A stretch of DNA of 64,000 nucleotides from Acidimicrobiia bacterium (GTDB lineage Bacteria > Actinomycetota > Acidimicrobiia > Spongiisociales > ZC4RG35). The notes below the pieces were generated by a model. It worked only from the letters and a program-made list of their open reading frames with translations, was not told the origin of the DNA and ran no database searches. A program made the translations under genes and the position numbers. This document shows, piece after piece, positions 36,663 to 46,414 of this stretch. Where the stretch lies: positions 777,434 through 841,433 of the forward strand of contig CBDBCY010000004.1 of NCBI GenBank assembly GCA_965203555.1, given 5' to 3'. The first letter of the stretch is position 1. Each line of letters begins with the position of its first letter.

Positions 36663-37298
36663 ATGAACCGCCTAACTTCCCGACAGCGTCAAATACTGGA
36701 TCTCATCAAAGAACGGATTGCCGCCCGCGGTTATCCACCCACTGTGCGAGAGATCGGAGAGGCGGTGGGTCTGGCCTCGCCCTCCTCCGTTCACGCCCAG
36801 ATTTCAGCGCTGGTTAAGGCCGGCAGACTTCGTCGGGACCCCTCCAAACCGCGCGCCCTGGTTGTGGTCGAAAAAAGCCCTGCACCCTCTGCCCCGCTGT
36901 CTCCCGACCCCAAGGTCGGTCGATGGATACCCCTGCTGGGGACCATCGCCGCCGGGGACCCCACACTGGCCGAGGAAAACATCGAAGAGACCATGCATCT
37001 ACCTGCCCGGCTGGTGGGCAGCGGTGATCTGTTCATGCTGGAAGTGGAGGGAGAATCCATGACCGGCGCCGGAATACTCCCCGGCGATCTGGTGGTGGTG
37101 AGAAAGCAACCTTCCGTGGAGAACGGAGAGATAGCCGCGGTCTTGGTGGACGAGGCCGAAGCAACCGTCAAAAGGGTGCGTTACCGGTCGGACGGAGGAA
37201 TTGAACTGTGTTCCGAGAACCCCGACTTTCCGCCCTTCATTCCCGAGCATCCCCGGATTCTGGGCAGGGTGGTCACGGTGGTTCGCTCTCTCAGGTGA
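36663..37298 (+). CDS. lexA: LexA repressor
   Basis: 211 aa. LTSRQRQILDLIKERIAARGYPPTVREIGEAVGL, cleavage site AAGDP, S24 peptidase (GESM...VVVRK). Confidence 0.96.
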   Translation: MNRLTSRQRQILDLIKERIAARGYPPTVREIGEAVGLASPSSVHAQISALVKAGRLRRDPSKPRALVVVEKSPAPSAPLSPDPKVGRWIPLLGTIAAGDPTLAEENIEETMHLPARLVGSGDLFMLEVEGESMTGAGILPGDLVVVRKQPSVENGEIAAVLVDEAEATVKRVRYRSDGGIELCSENPDFPPFIPEHPRILGRVVTVVRSLR

Positions 37299-37419
37299 CC
37301 CGGCGCCTGCACCGATCGCACTCAACCGGTAACTCTTCCAACTCCGGCAGAACCTTCCTCATCTTTGAGCGCCCTCGCTCACCGCTGCCGCGTAGCCGGG
37401 AATACCTGTCCCAGGGAGA

Positions 37420-38166
37420 TCAACCCATCCACTCCCCGCGATACACCAACCGGGCAGGTCCGGTGATCCAAGACGTGCCATCCTCCAACTTCACCTGGGC
37501 CAGGCCACCCGCCAAACTGACCTCTACTTCGTCACGGGTGAGACCCTGGGCCAGACCCGCCGAGGCGGTGGCCACCGCACCGGTCCCGCATGCCGCGGTC
37601 TCTCCCACGCCCCTCTCCCACACCCGCATTGATATCCGGAGGGGAGAGTCCACCACTGCCATTTCTACATTGACGCCGGCTTCGAACTCCTCTTGCATCG
37701 CCTCGGCGGTATTCGCCAAAGCAATCCCATCCAGTGCGTCCACCCAGGTGACCGCATGGGGATTCCCCACCGACACCAGTTGATATGCCCGATCACCGAT
37801 CCAGCGTTGCTCCCCTACTTTCACCGGACCCAATTCAGCGGTCACATCGGCCCCTGATACCCGAACCCTGCGGGGACCCACCGGCGTATCCACTACGAAC
37901 TCCCGGCTGGTCACCATTCCAAGATCAGTGGCAAGCCGGGCGACACACCGCAAACCGTTACCGCACATCTCAGCCGCCGATCCGTCCGCGTTGAAATAGG
38001 TCATCTTGACCCGGTCGCCGGTCTTGGAAACCACCAGCACGCCGTCGGCGCCCACCCCTCTGCGCCGATCGCAAAGGGCCGCAATCCGGGGAGTGGAAAG
38101 CGAGCATGGTCCGGTAACCACCACAAAGTCGTTGCCCAATCCTTCCATTTTCCAGAATCTCATCAC
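37420..38166 (-). CDS. dapF: diaminopimelate epimerase
   Basis: 248 aa. FWKMEGLGNDFVVV, EMCGNGLRC, ETAACGTGA. Confidence 0.93.
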   Translation of the reverse strand: MMRFWKMEGLGNDFVVVTGPCSLSTPRIAALCDRRRGVGADGVLVVSKTGDRVKMTYFNADGSAAEMCGNGLRCVARLATDLGMVTSREFVVDTPVGPRRVRVSGADVTAELGPVKVGEQRWIGDRAYQLVSVGNPHAVTWVDALDGIALANTAEAMQEEFEAGVNVEMAVVDSPLRISMRVWERGVGETAACGTGAVATASAGLAQGLTRDEVEVSLAGGLAQVKLEDGTSWITGPARLVYRGEWMG

Positions 38167-38178
38167 TTAACTCCCTCT

Positions 38179-39066
38179 TCAAACTCCCGAAAACACACTC
38201 CAGGCTCTGGCTACCAGTTCATTGGGATCGGAGGACCAAGGCAGCCATTGAATGCGGGGATCGCGACGAAAGAAGGTCCGCTGTCTTTTGACCAAAGCCC
38301 TGGTGGCCCGTTCCACTTGATGAAAACCTTCCTCCTCGCCCATCTCACCCCTTACCACCGCCAGCAACTGACGATAGCCGACTGCCTGCGAGGCCGTGGG
38401 ACCCATTCGGTCGGCCAGGCCGGCTACCTCATCCAAGAATCCCTGCTGTCGCATCACTTCCAACCGGACCGAAATCCGGTCTCCGATCTCGTCTCCGGGA
38501 TCGAGTCCCACAGCCCGGAAGGGGATCATCGGACGGTAGTTCCGAACGTCGCCTCGGTCAGGTTCCGCAGCGCGTCGGGAAGGAGTCGCGCCAGTCAGGG
38601 CCAGCACTTCAAGGGCGCGGGCCACTCTCCGGGGATTAGCCAGATCCAGATGTCGCCCGGCCTGCCGATCGGCGCACAGGAGCCGGTGGCGGGCAACTTC
38701 GGGAGTCAGTTGATCCATCTCAGCGCGTATCGCCGGATCGTGGGGAGCAAATATGAGGGGATCTACCACTGACCGGAAGTGAAGGCCGGAACCGCCGCAC
38801 AGAATGAGAGGGACCGTGGAAGCGGCGATAATATTTCTTGCTCTTCTCTGGCACTGCGCCGCGGTAAAGATCCCTTCGGGATCCACCACGTCGATCAGGT
38901 GGTGGGGGACCCGAGCCAGCATTTCGGGCGACGGCTTGGCGGATCCGATGTCCATTTCCCGGTAGACCTGCACGGAGTCGACCGAGATGATCTCAGCCCC
39001 CAATCTCTCGGCCAACCCCATCGCTACATCGCTCTTGGCAGATGCGGTGGGGCCCACCACCGCCAT
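38179..39066 (-). CDS. miaA: tRNA dimethylallyltransferase
   Basis: 295 aa. VVGPTASAKS, SVDSVQVYREMDIGSAKP, HHLIDV, GGSGLHF. Confidence 0.94.
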   Translation of the reverse strand: MAVVGPTASAKSDVAMGLAERLGAEIISVDSVQVYREMDIGSAKPSPEMLARVPHHLIDVVDPEGIFTAAQCQRRARNIIAASTVPLILCGGSGLHFRSVVDPLIFAPHDPAIRAEMDQLTPEVARHRLLCADRQAGRHLDLANPRRVARALEVLALTGATPSRRAAEPDRGDVRNYRPMIPFRAVGLDPGDEIGDRISVRLEVMRQQGFLDEVAGLADRMGPTASQAVGYRQLLAVVRGEMGEEEGFHQVERATRALVKRQRTFFRRDPRIQWLPWSSDPNELVARAWSVFSGV

Positions 39067-39074
39067 CAGCAGGC

Positions 39075-40463
39075 TCAGTACAGCCTCCCCATCAAGTGGT
39101 GTCTTCTGGCTATGGTGACCTCCGCCTCCAGAAATGTGCCCGGAGGGAATTCGCCCTTCACATGCACGATCTTTCCTCCCCGCGTTCGCGACTTCACCAC
39201 TTTGGGGTCCTTGCGGGAAGGTCCTTCCACCAGTACTTCCAGCCGCTTTCCCACCATCTCGGCATTCTTCTCCTCGGAAATCCGGTTTTGAAGTTCCACC
39301 AATCTGCGGAAGCGCTGCTTGACGATGCCAGGCTCTATGAACAATTCCGTCATCCCGGCGGCGGCAGTTCCCGGACGGGGGGAGAAGATGAACATGAAGG
39401 CTTGGTCGAAACGAGCCTCAGCAACAACCTCGAGAGTCCTTTCGAAATCGGCTTCCGTCTCTCCGGGAAACCCCACGATGATGTCGGTCGACACGGTGAG
39501 GTCCGCGATGATGCGGCGCGCCATGGCCAGCCGGTCCAGAAAGCGCCTTGCGTTATAGCCTCTATGCATCCTGGCCAGAATCCGGTCGCTGCCGCTCTGC
39601 AGTGGAAGGTGCAACTGCTCGCACACCGCCTCGGTCTCCGCCATCGCCATCGCCACGTTCTCACGAAAATCGGCCGGATGGGGGCTGGTGAACCGGATAC
39701 GGCGGATGCCGTCCACCTCTCCGACACGTCTCAGCAACTCGGCGAAAATGGGGCGACGTCGTCCTCCCAAAGCCAGATCGCGCCCGTAGGTGTCGATGTT
39801 CTGACCCAGCAGGGTCACTTCCAGCACTCCCTCCGAAACCAGTTGTTCCACCTCTCTCACGATCTCTCCGGGCCTTCGACTCACCTCCGGACCCCGCACT
39901 GTGGGAACAATGCAAAAGGTGCAGGTGTTGTTGCATCCAAGCTGTACCGTCACCCAGGCCGAGTGCTCCACCTCCCGCCGGGTGGGTAGTTGAGAGGGCA
40001 TGTCATGCAGTGACTCGTAGATCTCCGTAACTCCGCCCCATTCCTGGGCATGATCCAGCAGGTCCAGTACCCGTCCCAGATTGTGGGTCCCCATCACCAC
40101 ATCCACCCACGGCGCTCTCTCACGGACAATCTGGCGGTCTTTCTGCGCGGCGCAACCTCCCACCACCAGCATCATGTCAGGCCGTCGGGCCTTGAGCGCC
40201 TTCAACTGTCCCAAGTTCCCGTACAGGCGGTTGTCGGCGTTCTCCCTAATGGTGCAGGTGTTTATGAAGATCACGTCAGCCTGGTCGAGTGAGGAGGCAG
40301 GGGCCATGCCATCAGATTCCAACAAGCCGGCGATACGTTCGGAATCATGCTCATTCATCTGGCACCCGAAAGTGCGGATGAAATAGACCTGCCCCTCTCT
40401 TTTGGGCATTCGGTCAGGCTGGTCAACCTTGCGGACCGGCCGGGAAAGCAAGACGGTGCTCAT
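39075..40463 (-). CDS. miaB: tRNA-2-methylthio-N6-dimethylallyladenosine synthase
   Basis: 462 aa. UPF0004 N-domain (TFGCQMNEHDSE), radical SAM CNNTCTFC, TRAM C-terminus. Confidence 0.95.
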   Translation of the reverse strand: MSTVLLSRPVRKVDQPDRMPKREGQVYFIRTFGCQMNEHDSERIAGLLESDGMAPASSLDQADVIFINTCTIRENADNRLYGNLGQLKALKARRPDMMLVVGGCAAQKDRQIVRERAPWVDVVMGTHNLGRVLDLLDHAQEWGGVTEIYESLHDMPSQLPTRREVEHSAWVTVQLGCNNTCTFCIVPTVRGPEVSRRPGEIVREVEQLVSEGVLEVTLLGQNIDTYGRDLALGGRRRPIFAELLRRVGEVDGIRRIRFTSPHPADFRENVAMAMAETEAVCEQLHLPLQSGSDRILARMHRGYNARRFLDRLAMARRIIADLTVSTDIIVGFPGETEADFERTLEVVAEARFDQAFMFIFSPRPGTAAAGMTELFIEPGIVKQRFRRLVELQNRISEEKNAEMVGKRLEVLVEGPSRKDPKVVKSRTRGGKIVHVKGEFPPGTFLEAEVTIARRHHLMGRLY

Positions 40464-41998
40464 CGGGCGTAGTCGGTGTAGCGACTCTCCCTGATGACGG
40501 TCACCTCGATTTTGCCCGGATATTGCATCTCCTTTTCGACCCTCCGGGCAATCTGTCGAGCCAGAGCGCCGGCAGTCAGATCGTCCACCCGCCGCGGGTT
40601 GACCAGGACCCTCACCTCCCTGCCCGCCTGGAAGGCATAGGCCTTTGCGACACCATCGTAGGAGGCCGCAATTCTCTCCAGGTTCTCCAGCTTCTGGGTG
40701 TATTGCTCGAACGATTCACGCCGCGCCCCGGGCCGAGCGGCCGACAAGGCATCGGCGGCTTGCACCAACACCGCCAAAACAGTGCGCGGGGCCACCTCAT
40801 TGTGGTGAGCCTCTATCCCGTGCACCACCTCGGGATCCTCTCCCAGCCGCCGGGCTATCTCGGCGCCGACATGGGCATGGGACCCCTCCAACTTGTGGCT
40901 GACCGCCTTGCCGATGTCATGCAGGAGAGCGGCCCGCTTGATCGGAACCGGGTCAACTCCCAGTTCGCTGGCCAGGAGACCGGCGGCGTGGGCGGACTCT
41001 ATCAAGTGGTCGAGGACATTCTGACCGTAGGAAGTCCGGTAGCGAAGCTGCCCCAGCAGTTCGATCAGTTCCGGACGCATCTTGCTCAGGTTGACTTCCA
41101 GAAGGGCCGCCTCCCCCGCATCCCGGATGGAGTGGGAGACCTCGGATTCGGCTTTTGCCACCGCCTCCTCTATGGCGGTCGGGTTGAGACGACCGTCGAC
41201 TATCAACTTCTCCAAAGCCAACCGGGCCACCTCCCGGCGTATCGGATCGTAGCTATTGAGCATCACCGCTTCGGGAAGCTTGTCGTCGATGATCAAGCTG
41301 ACTCCGGTAACGGCCTCGAAGGCACGGATATTGCGGCCCTCCCGGCCGATTATCCGGCCCTTCATATGCTCGCTCGGCAGATTGATCACCGTGGAGGTGG
41401 CATCCTTCACCACTTGGTGAGACAGGCGCTGCACCACTCCCGCCAGTATTCTCCGTGACCGCCACTCTGCCTCCTCCCGAGATCTTATCTCGATGTCCCG
41501 GATCAACATCATCGCATCGCGCCGCGCTTCATGTTCGACTTTTTCCATGATCTGCTTCCGGGCTTCCGCCCGATCGAGCCCGGCCAGACGAGTCAGATCA
41601 CTCCAAGCCTGATCCTCCACTTCCTGGGCTTCGACTCTCAGCCTCTTGGCTTCGACCTCTCTCTCTATGAGGAGACGTTCCCGCTCCTCCAGGTTGGCCG
41701 ACTGCTGATCGAGTCTTTCCTCCCGTTGCATGACTCGCCTCGTGCGAGCTTCTATCGACTCCCTCTGCCGGGACATCGCCTCTTCTTCGACGGCCCTCCT
41801 TTCCTCGGAGCGAACCCGGGACTCCTCTTCGGCCCTGGCCAGGATTCGCTGCGCTTCCAAACGAGCTTCGGCAACCTTGTCCTCCACGTTGGCGGCGCCG
41901 CCCACCCGCACCCTGATCAGGGCAATTATCAACCCGACAATCACCACCACCACTGTGACCGCCAAGGCCACGATCAGAGCAACTTGACTTACAGGCAT
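40460..41998 (-). CDS. rny: ribonuclease Y
   Basis: 512 aa. N-terminal TM, long charged coiled coil, KH (MKGRIIGREGRNIRAFE), HD domain (LLHDIGKA). Confidence 0.94.
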   Translation of the reverse strand: MPVSQVALIVALAVTVVVVIVGLIIALIRVRVGGAANVEDKVAEARLEAQRILARAEEESRVRSEERRAVEEEAMSRQRESIEARTRRVMQREERLDQQSANLEERERLLIEREVEAKRLRVEAQEVEDQAWSDLTRLAGLDRAEARKQIMEKVEHEARRDAMMLIRDIEIRSREEAEWRSRRILAGVVQRLSHQVVKDATSTVINLPSEHMKGRIIGREGRNIRAFEAVTGVSLIIDDKLPEAVMLNSYDPIRREVARLALEKLIVDGRLNPTAIEEAVAKAESEVSHSIRDAGEAALLEVNLSKMRPELIELLGQLRYRTSYGQNVLDHLIESAHAAGLLASELGVDPVPIKRAALLHDIGKAVSHKLEGSHAHVGAEIARRLGEDPEVVHGIEAHHNEVAPRTVLAVLVQAADALSAARPGARRESFEQYTQKLENLERIAASYDGVAKAYAFQAGREVRVLVNPRRVDDLTAGALARQIARRVEKEMQYPGKIEVTVIRESRYTDYAR

Positions 41999-42153
41999 TT
42001 ATCAGACGAGTTTTCAGAGCCCGAGTTATTGGACAGAGAGCCCCCGAAGGGCAACCCCCCGTATCTCGGCATGCATTGCGAATAGATCTGCCTCCCATTG
42101 TAGAGGGCCGTTCCGCCTGCACAGACCAATTAGCGGTGCATGTCGTAATCGGA

Positions 42154-43206
42154 TCAGGAGGCTGCCGGACTCCCCATCGCATCCAACACGGCCCGGACCT
42201 CGCGATCCGACTCCAGGCCCGGGAGAGTGAACCCGACCTTTTCGTAGACCTTGGCCTGCAACTGCATGGCGATCTCGGGGTTTTCGCAAAGGAACTGTTT
42301 GACGTTTTCCCTGCCCTGTCCAAGCTGGTCATCGCCCAATGAGAACCACGAACCACTCTTTCGCACCAACCCCATATCCAAGGCGACATCCAAAAGGCTT
42401 CCTTCCCGGGAAATGCCCTTTCCGAACATGATGTCGAACTCGGCCTTGCGGAAGGGGGGCGCCATCTTGTTCTTGACCACCTTCGCTCTGATCCGGTTAC
42501 CCACTTCCTGGCCACGGTGCTTGATCGAACCGATACGACGGACATCAACCCGCACCGAGGCGAAGAACTTGAGCGCTCGACCCCCGGGCGTGGTCTCCGG
42601 CGAACCGAACATGACGCCGATTTTCTCTCGTAATTGATTGATAAAGATGGCGGTGGTCCGGGAACGATTCAACGTTCCGGCCAGCTTTCGCAGCGCCTGT
42701 GACATCAGGCGAGCCTGAAGACCGACATGCTTGTCCCCCATTTCACCCTCGATCTCCGCCCTGGGAACCAGCGCCGCCACCGAGTCGATCACCAGCACAT
42801 CCAAGGCGCCGGATCGGATCAGCATGTCGGCGATCTCCAGAGCCTGCTCCCCGGTGTCGGGCTGTGAAATCAGCAACTCGTCCACATCCACTCCCAGGAC
42901 ACCGGCATAGGAGGGATCCAGGCAATGTTCGGCGTCGATGAAAGCCGCTATTCCCCCGTTTCGCTGCGCCTCGGCTACCACATGTAGGGCCAGAGTCGTC
43001 TTACCCGAACTTTCGGGGCCGTATATTTCGACCACCCTTCCCCTGGGCATGCCGCCTATCCCCAGTGCGACGTCCAAGGACAAGGCGCCGGTGGAGATCA
43101 CCTCAGGCCTTTGCTGGGCCGACTCCCCCATACGCATCACCGCCCCTTTCCCGTACTGTTTGGTGATCTGGCCTACCGCCATCTCCAAAGCTTTTTCCCT
43201 GTCCAT
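42154..43206 (-). CDS. recA: recombinase RecA
   Basis: 350 aa. [37 protein letters not shown], no intein. Confidence 0.98.
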   Translation of the reverse strand: MDREKALEMAVGQITKQYGKGAVMRMGESAQQRPEVISTGALSLDVALGIGGMPRGRVVEIYGPESSGKTTLALHVVAEAQRNGGIAAFIDAEHCLDPSYAGVLGVDVDELLISQPDTGEQALEIADMLIRSGALDVLVIDSVAALVPRAEIEGEMGDKHVGLQARLMSQALRKLAGTLNRSRTTAIFINQLREKIGVMFGSPETTPGGRALKFFASVRVDVRRIGSIKHRGQEVGNRIRAKVVKNKMAPPFRKAEFDIMFGKGISREGSLLDVALDMGLVRKSGSWFSLGDDQLGQGRENVKQFLCENPEIAMQLQAKVYEKVGFTLPGLESDREVRAVLDAMGSPAAS

Positions 43207-43330
43207 AGGTTGTTCCTTTCTAGTGAACGGCTATAGAACAAAGCTATAGAACCGCTGTGACAAAACTATATAAACGTGCTTCGAATGCGAGAGCTTTTCA
43301 AATGGTTCGGACCTGATATTTTCCCAAACA

Positions 43331-43360
43331 ATGATAAACGAACATGTGTTCGATATCCAA
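43331..43360 (-). promoter_or_regulatory. putative recA promoter (TTGGAT-N18-TATCAT) enclosing the SOS box
   Basis: Hexamers read on the minus strand. AT-rich context. No experimental support. Confidence 0.4.
43338..43353. promoter_or_regulatory. LexA (SOS) box upstream of recA
   Basis: ACGAAC-ATGT-GTTCGA, 11/12 to consensus, 132-147 nt upstream of the recA ATG. Read on the recA strand it lies between a TTGGAT (-35-like) and a TATCAT (-10-like) hexamer spaced 18 nt apart. Confidence 0.8.
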
Positions 43361-43405
43361 GTATTATGCGCAAACGGTCTGCCGCTTCCCTCAATCGCCC
43401 GCTCC

Positions 43406-43966
43406 TCAACCCAGAAAAACCCGCTCCATCACCTCATAGCGAGGAGGTCCTCCGCCCAAATGACTCCGAAACACCGTCACCTCGCTGACCGTCATCTCCA
43501 CCTCCGCCGACGGCGCCGAGGCCACCATGGCTCGCAAATCCTGCGGAGGACGGAGCCGGGAGAGGGTCAGGTGCGCCGAGAAAGGACGCTCCGGCAATCG
43601 CAATCCGGCGCCTTTCACCGCTTCTGCCACCCCGGCGGCCAAGGCCGAAAGCGATTCGGCGCCCCTTGACACCCCCACCCATAACACTGACGCCCTACTG
43701 GCGCGTGGGAAGGTTCCCAGCCTTCCGAACCGGCAACGGAAGGCATCTCCCAGCGGCGCCTCGGTGAGACGGTGCAACATCACTTCAAACCTGTCTGTGG
43801 GGGTATCCCCCAGAAACCACAGGGTCATGTGCCAATTCCGGGGAGGTGTGATGCGACCCGGCAGTTTGGCGCCGCCCGCCATTCTCATCACCCGGCGGCT
43901 CAGAATCTGCCGAGCCTCGGACGTGAGATCCACCGCCAGGAAGATCCGGCCTACCGATTCCACCAT
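43406..43966 (-). CDS. thpR: RNA 2',3'-cyclic phosphodiesterase (2H family, ThpR/LigT)
   Basis: 186 aa with two H-x-T/S-x motifs (WHMTLWFLG and AHLTLSRL). Confidence 0.88.
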   Translation of the reverse strand: MVESVGRIFLAVDLTSEARQILSRRVMRMAGGAKLPGRITPPRNWHMTLWFLGDTPTDRFEVMLHRLTEAPLGDAFRCRFGRLGTFPRASRASVLWVGVSRGAESLSALAAGVAEAVKGAGLRLPERPFSAHLTLSRLRPPQDLRAMVASAPSAEVEMTVSEVTVFRSHLGGGPPRYEVMERVFLG

Positions 43967-45195
43967 TTCCCACTTATGCCGAGGCGCGCCAGATGGAGGG
44001 CGGCGGTGGTGGCGTAAGTGCGCACCCTTTCCCGGTCGCCAGGCATCCGGAGTCTGCGGGTGGCCGCTGCATCGGGGGTGGCCACTCCCACATAAACCAC
44101 TCCCACCGGTTCTTCGGTCGGCGCCGGTCCGGCGGATCCGGTTATTCCCACTCCCACATCCACCCCCAAGGCGCGGCAGGCGCCCTCCGCCATCTCCCGG
44201 GCCGTGGAGGCGGACACCACCCCGTCGGCCAGCACATCGGCGCCCACCCCCAGCAGTTCTTTCTTGAGATCGGTTGCGTAACTCACCACCGACCCTCGGA
44301 ACACCCGAGAGGCGCCCGGGGTGGAGGTGATCCGGGCGGCCACCATACCGGCGGTCATGGACTCGGCGGTTCCGATAGTCCAGTTCCGCTCTTCCAGCAT
44401 CTCAAGCAAACGGCGCTCTATGGTCTGATCATCGAAACCGAACACCGCCCACCCCAAGCGCCGGCAAACCTCCTGGCTGACAGGTGCGATCATCCTCTCC
44501 GCGGTCGCTTCGTCGGCCGCCTTGGCGGTGATTCGGACCTTGATCTCCCCCGAGGAGGCAAGATAGGCCAGACTGGGATTCTCCGAGCCATGGTACAGGT
44601 CCTCCAACAATTCGGCGGTTCGCGACTCCGACCTTCCCCAGGTCCTGACCACCCTGCTGACCAGCGTCTCCGAGACTCCCGATGCTTGTCTGAGCCGGGG
44701 AATCACCTCACCGGTGACCAGTCCCACCATCTCCATGGGCACCCCGGGCACAGCAAAAATCCACTTGCCGTGGTGAGAGAGAGCCAGACCGGGAGCGGTT
44801 CCCTTCGGGTTGTGGATCAGTTCCGCGCCCTGCGGATACTCTGCCTGACGCAGGTTGCTGACCGGCATCTCCCACCCCCTTTCTGCGAACCGTGCCCTCA
44901 GGATCTCCGCCCACTCATCGCTGTACCGCATGGGTCGCCCCGTCACTGCGCAAATCGCCTCCCGGGTGATATCATCAGGAGTCGGCCCGATTCCCCCCGT
45001 GATGATCACCGCATCGGCCCTTGTCAACGCCGCGGCGATCGCCGCCTCCATTCTCTGCGGATTGTCACCCACGGTCACCTGGTAATGGGCGTCGTGTCCC
45101 TCCGCGGCCAGGATCTCTCCGATGGTGGCCGCGTTGCCATTGACGATCTGTCCCAAAAGCAATTCGGTTCCCACCGTTATCACTTCCACGATCAT
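43951..45195 (-). CDS. cinA: competence/damage-inducible protein CinA (MoCF-like + nicotinamide-nucleotide amidohydrolase domains)
   Basis: MIVEVITVGTELLLGQIVNGNA..., ITGGIGPTPDDIT, C-terminal ESMTAGMV...GITGSAGP. ATG 45195 overlaps the upstream stop (ATGA). Confidence 0.93.
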   Translation of the reverse strand: MIVEVITVGTELLLGQIVNGNAATIGEILAAEGHDAHYQVTVGDNPQRMEAAIAAALTRADAVIITGGIGPTPDDITREAICAVTGRPMRYSDEWAEILRARFAERGWEMPVSNLRQAEYPQGAELIHNPKGTAPGLALSHHGKWIFAVPGVPMEMVGLVTGEVIPRLRQASGVSETLVSRVVRTWGRSESRTAELLEDLYHGSENPSLAYLASSGEIKVRITAKAADEATAERMIAPVSQEVCRRLGWAVFGFDDQTIERRLLEMLEERNWTIGTAESMTAGMVAARITSTPGASRVFRGSVVSYATDLKKELLGVGADVLADGVVSASTAREMAEGACRALGVDVGVGITGSAGPAPTEEPVGVVYVGVATPDAAATRRLRMPGDRERVRTYATTAALHLARLGISGKWWNR

Positions 45196-46106
45196 CGGCG
45201 GCACCCCTCCCGGACGGCGCCGGGAAGCGGGACTGGGTGAGGATTGCCCCGAAGGCCCAAGTGTGTCCGGTATCCGGCCGCCCGGGCGGCGTCCACCACT
45301 TCAGCTCTTCCCCAGGCCACCTCACCGACTCGGTGACCGTCACTGGCCAGGGTGACCGGTATTCCCGCCTGTCGGAACATCTGCAGGAAAGCGGGAGACG
45401 GATAGACCTCTCGGGCCGGGTTGCGCAAGCCCTGGCTGGAAATCTCCACCGCCCAGCCTCGGGCGGCAGCCGCCTCCACCACCTTCCGATAGAGGTGGAG
45501 AGGCTCTCGGGCAGGCCGGTACCCGTATTTCTTGCACAGATCGACATGGGCCACCACATCGGCAATCCCCGATCCGATCATCTCGACCACCAACTCCAAA
45601 TACTGTTCCCAGGACTCCTCAACCCCTCTTCGCTCGAACTCCCCGGCGCATTCGGAAGTGTCGATCGCCCAACTGCCCACCCAGTGGACCGCTCCGAGAA
45701 GAAAGTCCCAGGGATAGGGCGACAGCAACTCGGCGACGGCTTCCTCGGTCCCCGGTATGAAATCCACCTCCAGCCCCAGCAGCACCGGCATCCCCTGCTC
45801 CTTGGCGGCCAGTACGGCCTCCACATATTGCTCGATCCGAAAGACCCGGTCAAGTTCCACCATCCGGGCTGTAAAGTCGGCAAGCCCGGCGGGGGCTGCG
45901 GCGGTCGGGTCGGATTCCCAGAACCGGCCCAGGACCGGTTCGGACTCCTTGAATCGATAAAGATGCTCGGTGAATCCCAACTCCGACACACCCCGAGCCG
46001 CTCCCGCCTCGCAGTACCGGTCTATCCGCTGCAGAGGAAAACCATCGGGAATCGGATCCGAGGCATTTTGACGATGGGGATAGAGGTGCAAGTGATAATC
46101 AGACAT
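45192..46106 (-). CDS. PHP-domain phosphatase (histidinol-phosphatase HisJ family)
   Basis: MSDYHLHLYPH..., GFTEHLY, AVHWV, HVDL, SDGH metal-ligand pattern of the PHP/HisJ family. Confidence 0.85.
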   Translation of the reverse strand: MSDYHLHLYPHRQNASDPIPDGFPLQRIDRYCEAGAARGVSELGFTEHLYRFKESEPVLGRFWESDPTAAAPAGLADFTARMVELDRVFRIEQYVEAVLAAKEQGMPVLLGLEVDFIPGTEEAVAELLSPYPWDFLLGAVHWVGSWAIDTSECAGEFERRGVEESWEQYLELVVEMIGSGIADVVAHVDLCKKYGYRPAREPLHLYRKVVEAAAARGWAVEISSQGLRNPAREVYPSPAFLQMFRQAGIPVTLASDGHRVGEVAWGRAEVVDAARAAGYRTHLGLRGNPHPVPLPGAVREGCRR

Positions 46107-46132
46107 GAGCGACCACCCGCGGAGCAAGCGCC

Positions 46133-46414
46133 CTAATGTCGGACTGCCTCCACCAATGCCTGTAGCGGACCGGGTCCCACCGCATCAGCCAGATGGCTCC
46201 ACACCCCGTCGGGGATCGGCTCATCCCGCTCCAACATTCCGGCGGCCAGGTCCACCGCATCGGCCAAACCAACATAGATCCCGGTCTGATCCCTGTCCAA
46301 AGCGGTGGAAACCGCCATTCGGGCAGAGACGGGATCGCCCCTTCCCAGCGCTTCGATAGCCCGCTCCGCAGCAGTCAGCGCCTGGCGCTGCAGCCGTCCG
46401 GGGTTTCGCATCAC
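46133..46414 (-). CDS. hypothetical protein (93 aa, helical)
   Basis: ORF with 4-nt overlap to the upstream GAPDH-like gene. No recognisable motif. Confidence 0.5.
   Translation of the reverse strand: MMRNPGRLQRQALTAAERAIEALGRGDPVSARMAVSTALDRDQTGIYVGLADAVDLAAGMLERDEPIPDGVWSHLADAVGPGPLQALVEAVRH

Noticed and set aside
41598-42548. 316-aa minus-strand ORF bridging the rny 5' end and the recA 3' end
   Set aside because: It is out of frame with both well-supported genes and has an R/S/G-rich composition. I also searched the 155-bp recA-rny gap for recX and found it too short, so recX is absent here.
43993-45240. 415-aa + strand ORF
   Set aside because: It is antisense to cinA, with G/R/H/P-rich shadow-frame composition.
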